Positions 38,132 through 48,400 of a DNA stretch of 64,000 nt are shown here, piece after piece. Under the pieces are notes generated by a model. The model ran no database searches, had not been told where the DNA came from, and saw only the letters and a list, made by a program, of their open reading frames with translations. The stretch's first letter is position 1. The number at the start of each line of letters is the position of its first letter. The stretch is from assembly GCF_902652985.1 (NCBI RefSeq), contig NC_047016.1, positions 46,562,001 to 46,626,000 of the forward strand, read 5' to 3'. The position numbers and the translations under genes were made by a program. Source of the DNA: Pecten maximus. Lineage: Eukaryota.

Positions 38132-41100
38132 TTAGTATGAAACAAATCTCTTAACATCAGTTTCATACAAATCTACAACACTTGTATAATAGAAATCTCC
38201 AACACCAGTATCATACAAATCTACAACACCTGTATAATAGAAATCTCCAACACCTGTATCATACAAATCTACAACACATGTATCATACAAATCTACAACA
38301 CCTGTATCATACAAATCTACAACACCATTATTATACAAATCTACAACACCTGTATCATACAAATCTACAATATCTGTATAATACAAATCTACAACACCAT
38401 TATTATACAAATCTACAACACCTGTATCATACAAATCTATAACACCGTACCTGTATCATACAAATCTACAACACCGTACCTGTATCATACAAATCTACAA
38501 CACCTGTAACATACAAATCTACAACACCTGTATCATACAAATCTACAACACCTGTATCATACAAATCTACAACACCATTATTATACAAATCTACAACACC
38601 ATTATTATACAAATCTACAACACCTGTATCATACAAATCTACAACACCGTACCTGTATCATACAAATCTACAACACCTGTATCATACAAATCTACAACAC
38701 CTGTATCATACAAATCTACAATACCTGTATCATACAAATCTACGACACCTGTATCATACAAATCTACAACACCTGTATCATACAAATCTACAATACCTGT
38801 ATCATACAAATCTACAATACCTGTATCATACAAATCTACGACACCTGTATCATACAAATCTACAACACCTGTATCATACAAATCTACAATACCTGTATCA
38901 TACAAATCTACAACACCTGTATCACACAAATCTACAACACCTGTATCATACAAATCTACAACACCTGTATCATACAAATCTACAACACCTGTATCATACA
39001 AATCTACAACACCTGTATCACACAAATCTACAACACCTGTATAATACAAATCTACAACACCTGTATCATACAAATCTACAACATCTGTATCATACAAATC
39101 TACAACACCATTATTATACAATTCTACAACACCTGTATCATACAAATCTACAACACCTGTATCATACAAATCTACAATACCTGTATCATACAAATCTACA
39201 ACACCTGTATCATACAAATCTACAACACCTGTATTATACAAATCTACAACACCAGTATAATACAAATCTACAACACCTGTATTATACAAATCTACAACAC
39301 CAGTATAATACAAATCTACAACACCTGTATCATACAAATCTACAACACCTGTATTATACAAATCTACAACACCAGTATCATACAAATCTACAACACCTGT
39401 ATTATACAAATCTACAACACTTGAGTCATACAAATCTACAACACCTGTATCATACAAATCTCCAACACCTGTATCATACAAATCTACAACACCAGTATCA
39501 TACAAATCTACAACACCTGTATTATATAAATCTACAACACTTGAGTCATACAAATCTACAACACCTGTATTATACAAATCTACAACACTTGAGTCATACA
39601 AATCTACAACACCTGTATCATACAAATCTCCAACACCTGTATTATACAAATCTACAACACCAGTATCATACAAATCTACAACACCTGTATCATACAAATC
39701 TACAACACCTGTATTATACAAATCTACAACACCAGTATCATACAAATCTACAACACCTGTATTATACAAATCTACAACACCATTATCATACAAATCTACA
39801 ACACCTGTATTATACAAATCTACAACACCAGTATCATACAAATCTACAACACCTGTATTATACAAATCTACAACACTTGAGTCATACAAATCTACAACAC
39901 CTGTATCATACAAATCTACAACACCTGTAACATACAAATCTACAACACCTGTATCATACAAATCTACAACACCTGTATCATACAAATCTACAACACCTGT
40001 ATCACACAAATCTACAACACCTGTATAATACAAATCTACAACACCTGTATCATACAAATCTACAACACCTGTATCATACAAATCTACAACACCTGTATAA
40101 TACAAATCTACAACACCTGTATCATACAAATCTACAACACCTGAGTCATACAAATCTACAACACCTGATCATGCGTCATACAAATCTACAACACCTATAC
40201 AATACAAAACTACAACACCTGTATCATACAAATCTACAACACCATTATTATACAAATCTACAACACCTGTATCATACAAATCTACAACACCTGTATCATA
40301 CAAATCTACAACACCTATACAATACAAATCTACAACACCTGTATCACACAAATCTACAACACCTGTAACATACAAATCTACAACACCTGTATCATACAAA
40401 TCTACAACACCAGTATTATACAAATCTACAACACCTGTATTATACAAATCTACAACACCTGTATCATACAAATCTCCAACACCAGTATCATACAAATCTA
40501 CAACACCATGTATCATACAAATCTACAACACCTGTATCATACAAATCTACAACACATGTATCATACAAATCTACAATACCTGTATCATACAAATCTACAA
40601 CACCTGTATCACACAAATCTACAACACCTGTATCATACAAATCTACAACACCTGTATCATACAAATCTACAACACCTGAGTCATACAAATCTACAACTCC
40701 TATACAATACAAATCTACAACACCTGTATCATACAAATCTACAACACCAGTATTATACAAATCTACAACACCTGTATCATACAAATCTACAACACCTGTA
40801 ACATACAAATCTACAACACCTGTATCATACAAATCTACAACACCTGAGTCATACAAATCTCCAACACCAGTATCATACAAATCTCTAACACCTGTATCAT
40901 ACAAATCTCCAACACCAGTATCATACAAATCTCCAACACCTGTATCATACAAATCTACAACACCTGTATCATACAAATCTCCAACACCAGTATCATACAA
41001 ATCTACAACACCATGTATCATACAAATCTACAACACCTGTATCATACAAATCTACAACACCTGAGTCATACAAATCTACAACTCCTATACAATACAAATC

Positions 41101-42052
41101 TACAACACCTGTATCACACAAATCTACAACACCTGTATCATACAAATCTACAACACCTGTAACATACAAATCTACAACACCTGTATCATACAAATCTACA
41201 ACACCTGAGTCATACAAATCAACAACTCCTATACAATACAAATCTACAACACCTGTATCATACAAATCTACAACACCTGTATCATACAAATCTACAACAC
41301 CTGAGTCATACAAATCTACAACTCCTATACAATACAAATCTACAACACCTGTATCACACAAATCTACAACACCTGTATCATACAAATCTACAACACCAGT
41401 ATTATACAAATCTACAACACCTGTATCATACAAATCTACAACACCTGTAACATACAAATCTACAACACCTGTAACATACAAATCTACAACACCTGTAACA
41501 TACAAATCTACAACACCTGTATCATACAAATCTACAACTCCTATACAATACAAATCTACAACACCTGTATCACACAAATCTACAACACCTGTATCATACA
41601 AATCTACAACACCAGTATTATACAAATCTACAACACCTGTATCATACAAATCTACAACACCTGTAACATACAAATCTACAACACCTGTAACATACAAATC
41701 TACAACACCTGTAACATACAAATCTACAACACCTGTATCATACAAATCTACAACACCTGTAACATACAAATCTACAACACCTGTAACATACAAATCTACA
41801 ACACCTGTATCATACAAATCTACAACACCTGTATCATACAAATCTACAACACCTGTAACATACAAATCTACAACACCTGTATAATACAAATCTACAACAC
41901 TTGAGTCATACAAATCTCCAACACCAGTATCATACAAATCTACAACATAATTATGTATAATACAAATCTACAACACCTGCAACATACAAATCTACAACAC
42001 CTGTAACATACAAATCTACAACACCTGTATCATACAAATCTACAACACCTGT
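38132..42052. repeat. 24-bp minisatellite (CAAATCTACAACACCTGTATCATA), about 160 units, in the 5'-UTR intron of UBE2Z
   Basis: Tandem units are directly visible and account for the VVDLYDTG and HTNLQHLY ORFs. Confidence 0.97.
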
Positions 42053-42376
42053 GTAGCATGGTAAAGTGAAGCCCATGGTAAAGTGAACCACGCGGCAGGG
42101 CGCGTGATGCAGGGCGTTTGCCGTGGAGCAGAGCGTTGCCCTTTACCATGGTCATGGTAATGTAAGGCATTTCACTATTTTTGTATTAATTATTTTTCAC
42201 CAAATCATTTTTAGATTACACCGAATCATTTCTTTAAACACAAAAATATTAACAAATGTGTCTATGTTCAGGAAATTTTAGTCTGTTTACATTTAAGTAT
42301 ATTGATTGTGTACTTTAAATTATATATTACCATTTTCCCACATTTTTTTTCTTTGAATTCCTATGAAAAATATTGA

Positions 42377-42832
42377 AACAAGAGTCCAATGGACCCCAAT
42401 CCCTCACCTGCTATCCAGTAATCCTATTTATACACATAATTAAGAACAAGTGTATCACTTTCATTAGTTTTTTTAAACACTTTGGCCAATTTATCTCTTT
42501 CAAACTTAAATTATGGTAAAGGTCATTCATTTGAGCAAACTTCCTAGCCTTTACCCAGGCATGCTACAATCAAAACATTAGGTCTCTGGACCTTTTGGTT
42601 ATTGAAAATAAGTCATAGAAATATTTTAGTCTATTTGATGCATGCGATCTTGAATGAAGGTCAAGGTCATTCATTTGAACAAACTTGTTAGCCGTTCACC
42701 TAAGCATTCTACAGACCTTATATCAAGTCCCTGGGCCTCTTTCTTATTGAAAGCTATTGGAATATTTTATCCTATTTGACCCCTGTGACCTTGATTATAG
42801 GTCAAGTTCATTCATTTGAAGAAAGTTGGTGG
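42377..42832 (+). mobile_element. Degenerate, truncated copy of the 145-bp-core element family
   Basis: 5' motif aacaagagtccaatggaccccaatccctcacctg, plus about 2.5 diverged core units (tgaatgaaggtcaaggtcattcatttgaacaaactt). Confidence 0.75.
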
Positions 42833-42863
42833 TAGTTCTACTTATGCACTGCTGTAATAGAAC

Positions 42864-43187
42864 TGTAACAGGAGATGGAAAATTCAATGACAAGACCGGG
42901 ACTCGAACCCAGGACCTCTGAATTCTAGATGGATGCTCTATAACATGGCAACCAGCATTTGACAGCCCAGTTCAGTTTCGCTGCATTCCTCCCGCCTTCA
43001 ATAAAGTCTTCGATCCAGAAGACACACGAGATCCTATACCAGCTCCATGGGAATTTAATTAGGACGCCAAATGTAACAGGAGAGGGAGAATATAACAACC
43101 AGGCCAATATTTGATCCTTGGACCTCCAAAATCTAACTATTTAAGCTATCTGGTCACTGGCGTTCGGCCCAGTCCATTTCCGCTACA
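42864..43187 (-). mobile_element. Miniature LTR retrotransposon (TRIM) with tRNA-derived LTRs
   Basis: On the minus strand: 5' LTR 43187-43072 (TGTAGCGG...CTCCTGTTACA), PBS-like TGGCGTCCT 43069-43061, PPT GAAGGCGGGAGGAA 42999-42986, 3' LTR 42985-42864 (TGCAGCGA...CTCCTGTTACA). TSD gaac at 42860-42863 and 43188-43191. B-box GGTTCGAGTCCC lies in the 3' LTR. Confidence 0.8.
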
Positions 43188-43310
43188 GAACATCTCACAT
43201 TTCAGAACGCCAACAGTTCTTGTTCACAAGTCTGACAGCTTCTGTACTATAAATCTTGTAAGTCCAGCAACACTTTATTTTTACATAGATTTTTAACGTG
43301 TTATACTTAC

Positions 43311-44052
43311 TCGGCGTGTGTTTTTCTTTGGACGAGGAAGTATATACTGTTCCTTGTTGTATAAGCTATTATACGTTAGCACCTCGAACCAAATGCATAG
43401 CTGTTGAACATCGTATGATCGCACTAATGAAAGTGAAACCAAGATTTTTTTTATGAAGTTGTCAGTGCGAGTTGGTAAAACACATCTTATTCTCAGCAGC
43501 TAATTAAGTCATTCACAAAAGCAAAAATACGTGTCCAACTATAATCACACGTGTCGATTCAATAACAATTGGTGTGTAAACGTAGTTACACCCGAAATGA
43601 TATCAACCAGCAAATGTCAAATATTAGGATACACAATTCTACATCCTGTTCAAGTGCGGCAAATTCTATAACTATTTCCATTGGACAAAGCTAAGACAGT
43701 GATATTTTTTAGAAAGAAAAAGAGGAATAAATATCTCAATAGTAATGCTATTCTATCTTAATATGAACAAATCTCAAAGCATTTTTCATTATAATTCAGT
43801 CCATCATAAATTTGAAACTCTTTTCTCGGCGCACAGATACTAAAGTATGGATGGTAAATTGGTTTAAGCGTTTGGTTGACTCCAGAATCAGAACGGAATT
43901 CCCCTTAGCGTAATTTCTAATTTTAAGTAACCAATCAAAAAAGAGAAGCGTGCACTAATGACCAATCAAAACAAGGTAGTTTTTGCTGATCGAAGGAAAC
44001 GTTTGTCGAACGTTTTGATTGCTATAAAGTCAGATTTTCTTGCGCGAAGCAT
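43311..44052. promoter_or_regulatory. Probable bidirectional promoter for UBE2Z (-) and CREBZF (+), including a candidate UBE2Z non-coding exon 1 at about 43311-43345
   Basis: Minus-strand donor CGA|GTAAGT at 43310-43305. CCAAT boxes at 43931 and 43962, reverse CCAAT near 43568 and 43680, TATAAA at 44023-44028. Head-to-head gene arrangement. TSS positions are inferred. Confidence 0.55.
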
Positions 44053-44295
44053 TAGATATTGAAAATTACCGGACGGGGACACTACGGCAGAATACAGACC
44101 TACATACTTTGATACTAGGTAAAGGTGAACATAGTTTTGTCCCAAATTATTGACTGAAAGTAACATTCGATACGTTTATCAGGTTCTTTATACCTGAAAA
44201 TTTAATTTGATTGATATTGAAGAAAGAGAACTTGTTTCAAAATTAGACTAGGCAAGTGTTTTTGACAACGCCGCCACGTTGTTGTGAAATATTGA

Positions 44296-44484
44296 ATGAC
44301 GATTTGTGAAAACGATAAGTCTGATTTAGACTTGACACGTTATATTCAGACTGAATTGTGGGGAATATCTCTTTTTCTCTGCGCGTTATCTTTGACAAAT
44401 TACCGGAAACAAAAAGTTGAGAATTGCATGAAAACCAACTTATTGTTTCAATATGAGTTCAATGCTTTTGTCACCCGAGTCTGA
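44296..44484 (+). promoter_or_regulatory. Out-of-frame upstream ORF (62 codons) overlapping the CREBZF start
   Basis: ATGs at 44296 and 44428 share one frame, offset from the main ATG at 44453. Stop TGA at 44482-44484. Confidence 0.55.
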
Positions 44485-45487
44485 TGTTTGTTTGTTAGAT
44501 GAACTCCTGGACACCGGAATGATCAACGTCGATTTCAACTTTGGCAGTGTCCCATCATCCGTGGATTCTGCCGACGAAGAACTTGAAACTTTAAAGAATT
44601 CACCAAGTCACCAATCCGACAGTGGTATGAGCATGGGAAGCGAAAGTCCGGAGTGCATGGATTCTGGCATTGCAAACAAATCTGGCTTTGAACTATTTGA
44701 TGATGCTGAACTGATGGGTTATCTTTCGTCCACGTCAAGGACACCAAGTCCTGAGACAACTGTAGCAGTTGAAAGTGTTTTGGATCAGGCTGTGAAGAAC
44801 AATTCTCCATGTACAATTTTAAATAAACCTGAAATGAAGAATCGGGTGCGCGTCCTCAGAGCTAGAAATTCAATTGAATCGAATGGACAAACGACAAAAC
44901 CGCATGATGTTGAAGTCAAATCAAAACCACTACCACTTGTCAAGACAATATTGCCTATGCCAGCACCAAATGTTAAAGTTATAAAAGTGGTTTCGTCTAA
45001 CCAAGATTTTGACTCTGATGGTGAAATCGTTGAAGCTCTGTCAAGAAGAAACAAGAAAAATGCTGTTCAGGCAAAAATTAACCGTGAAAAGAAAAAGGCT
45101 TTCATAAAAACCCTGGAGGACACTGTTGATGAATTACGTACTGAAAATGACGATTTGAAACTGAACCAGACCAGGATGGAAGAGTGTCAACGAGTATTGG
45201 AAGATGAGGTACAATATTTGAAAAGTGTACTTGCTAATCAAAGTGCATTGTCCAGCTTATTGCAGAACATTCCAAATGTTCAGAATGTAACACTTTCAAC
45301 ATCTTTCAATAGAAGGAAACGTGGTGCTAATCTTGATCATGACTATATGGAGCACCACGATACTGCAAAGCGTACAAAGAAGAACACTTCCAGAGCTGGA
45401 GTTTGCTTGCATGTAGACAATGGACATGCATCTCTGGAATTCTGCTCCCATTGCTCAAAAAATGCAAAGTCAATTGACGATGCATGA
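44453..45487 (+). CDS. CREBZF: CREB/ATF bZIP transcription factor (Zhangfei-like), 344 aa, intronless CDS
   Basis: Basic region KKNAVQAKINREKKK with a heptad zipper ending YLKSVLANQSALSSLL, HCF-1-binding motif DHDY, and C-terminal GVCLHVDNGHASLEFCSHC characteristic of CREBZF. Candidate poly(A) signal AATAAA at 46998-47003. Confidence 0.92.
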   Translation: MSSMLLSPESDVCLLDELLDTGMINVDFNFGSVPSSVDSADEELETLKNSPSHQSDSGMSMGSESPECMDSGIANKSGFELFDDAELMGYLSSTSRTPSPETTVAVESVLDQAVKNNSPCTILNKPEMKNRVRVLRARNSIESNGQTTKPHDVEVKSKPLPLVKTILPMPAPNVKVIKVVSSNQDFDSDGEIVEALSRRNKKNAVQAKINREKKKAFIKTLEDTVDELRTENDDLKLNQTRMEECQRVLEDEVQYLKSVLANQSALSSLLQNIPNVQNVTLSTSFNRRKRGANLDHDYMEHHDTAKRTKKNTSRAGVCLHVDNGHASLEFCSHCSKNAKSIDDA

Positions 45488-48400
45488 ACATCAAAGAGAG
45501 GCTTCTGAAATATCAGATGTGCTTCCAATTCGTGTCGCTAAACGACATGTGAATACAGCATGCGGACAGGCAGTTCATGCCGTATTCCAGGATGTGTTGG
45601 TGATTCTGCCAAGAACCGTGCTAATTCGCTACTGAAGTTGACTGACCAAGCAACGACTTTTCAGGTGGTATAACAGTATCATGATGTTTACTGTTATGCT
45701 CTGATAAAACAAGCTGTAAATGGTTTTTAAAGAAATAACATTTGCAATTATTTTTTTATTAAAAGTATGTAATAATTATTTTCAAAAAGCCACACCACAT
45801 TGTAAAGCCTGAACCAGTTTGATAATAATAGAGATATTCATTGAAATGTATACTTTAGACATATTATCAAACAAAGTGCTACAAAAGTCGATACCTTTTT
45901 TCCAACTCCAGTGTGAATTCTTTATTTCTTCAAATTGGTTCCTGCTACATTTACGCATAATCATTGATGTTTTTTTAAGAAACCAGTACTGATGAATATT
46001 TCTAGTTCTCTTTCACAGGTCCTGATCTTGAGTTGAGCGATGATTGCTGTGTGGAGAAGCCCTGGGACCCTGTCCATTGCACTCTTGGACTTGCCTTATT
46101 TGGTAAGGTCCCTTGTACGCTTGGGATCTGTTTGGGAGGCTATAATTTGGGCACATTAATCTGTATAATGAGTGTAGATTGTGAAATGAATGAAATATTT
46201 TTTGTACTGTAAAAAATATCTTGTTATATAATATGCTAGTAATATTGTCTAAAAGACTATTATTTTACATTTTCTTGTTATGCTTGAAAGTATCCATGAA
46301 TGGTGGTATGAAGTAAAAAATGTGTAATTGTTAAAGCAAAAAATGTTCCTTTACAAGGATATGTTAAACTCACCATTATTACTTGCTACTAACGTAAATC
46401 AGCATTTCGTAAAGAAAAAGTGTAAATCATAATATCTTAAGGTCATTGGTGTTGTACACAAGAAAACAGAATTACGAAGTACAACTGGAAACCCAGTTTA
46501 TTAAATGTACACAAGTTCGTATGAATTTGAGAAAAAAATGCATATATAGTATCTTTTAAAAGGAGATTATGACTGATTTGTTAATTTTTACTATTCAGCT
46601 AACCTGTGGCCTGCAGTGCTCAAACAAGAATGAACAAAGTGTAAAAGGAATATGGTAGTATTGAAAAAGGTGGTAGGTCATTAAAGTCCAAGGAATATGG
46701 TAGTATTGAGAAATGTGGTAGGTCAAAGGTTGATAAAGTTTAAAGAAGGAAGAATAGTGCTTTGTTTAGTGTACAAACATAAAAAAAAATCTCCAGTCGG
46801 GTTGACACAAAAAACATTATTGACCAAGATTTTGAATCAAATAGTTTTCATTTTCACTTGATCATACATGTATAGTATTTTGTTAACCATAAGCTTGTAA
46901 ATATTGTTTGTACTGCATTTAAATCCTTTTCTTTTTCATGGAACTGATGGTTTGAATGTAGATTAATCACCGTTATTAATCATCATCTGTTGATTTGAAT
47001 AAAACATTGTGACTGTTAAGTATTATTTTTTGTTATAACTTTGTGGTTGCTTTGCAGAAATATGTTTCAGGTTTCTTATGTGGACAAGCAGACTGACCTT
47101 GGAAGTTCATGTGAAAGGTGGTGTTGTTGATATCGAACTTAGTAGTTTCTTAGTGGTTTGGTAGGTAGCTAGGTAGGTTCTGAAAAAGCAGAAGATATCG
47201 AGATTTAATTTTTGCAATTTTTTTTAATCATTTGAGGAGGTTAAACTATACTTCATTTACAGATTCCCAAATTTCTATTTTGACGAAGTTAGTTGATTAA
47301 TAGATATTTCAAACAAAATGTAAGAATTAAATCTTGTCAGTAGCTTGAAGAACAATCGGAAATCGTCGTCACTCTATATAGAGACAGCTGGCCTGGAACA
47401 CACCACATTATAAATAAAATTGAATACTTTTCTGTCAATCCTTTGAAATTGATAAGGATTGAGCCAGATAATGAATTGGTCTATTGATATGTGGATGGAT
47501 AGCCAAAGTGTACGCGGTCTGCAACATAACTTAATTACTTGCAGGTAGGTTTATATCTAAACATGTACATCATTTAAGTGGATGTCATTTGCCATTCAGA
47601 AAAAAAAGATGCAGTACATGTACAATAAACATGTAGAACACTCTTTGGGTTAGTATTGGTATGTGTGTCGTGTTGATTTTGGCCTTTGTCTGTTATGGTA
47701 AAAGTCTTTAATATTGAATTGATTAAATTTCTTTATTAATTTCATCAGTTATGAACCCCTGAAGATACCGGATGATATTAATAAACTATTTTAATAAAGT
47801 TCAATGTGTTCAGACTAATCCTCGGTTATAAGGAAGGATTATAGTATTTGGATGGATCGCCTATTCATGGTAAAAACGGGAAGTTTTGGTAAATCTGCTG
47901 TCCGACAGCAGTAATTTGATTTAGGAAGCATCGCAAAATTCCTAGAAATTTGAGATTTTACTAGTAATTCTTTTGAAATTATAAATGCTTCATTGTCAAA
48001 TTTGAATGCAAGATGTGTCAAATGTTTGACAAATCAGAATTACTTCCATTCAGATATGTTGTGAAAATTCTTTGTCTTTTTCTGAATTCATCTTTCATTG
48101 TAATGTTTTGAAGTGTGGTCATTACTGATTAACTGGCATAAATTTTTCTTTTAAGCCAGTGTCTATTTTGAAACACAAATGTTTGACAGGAAGTAATTCC
48201 AATTTACCATTTGGGTTGTGGACATCAGAAGGGACATGCTGGAATTCACTAGGGTTTATAAAACCTATAAAGACGACTTGGAAAATTCAAGGGGTAGGAT
48301 CTTGATAAGTTAGCTCAGAGTAGACCATGTGTGAACGCAACCCCTGGAATATGCAGAATGGAACATGACTTGCTGTAATTCCGTCCGAAATCGCTCTTCA

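Noticed and set aside
38132-41937. (VVDLYDTG)n and (HTNLQHLY)n ORFs
   Set aside because: These are translations of a 24-bp minisatellite in an intron, and the frame is broken several times by 25- and 29-bp units.
30780-42052. CRISPR-like arrays
   Set aside because: The repeats are head-to-tail with no unique spacers, there are no cas genes, and the context is a spliced eukaryotic gene.
42890-42945. Functional tRNA gene
   Set aside because: Only the T-arm/B-box is intact, there is no complete cloverleaf, and it is part of an LTR.
45420-45635. XBP1-like frameshifted alternative C-terminus for CREBZF
   Set aside because: The +1 frame is closed by TAG at 45414-45416, and I see no paired IRE1-type stem-loops.
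45676-45706. C/D-box snoRNA (atgatg...ctga)
   Set aside because: The boxes are only about 15 nt apart, the C box is imperfect and there is no room for a guide.
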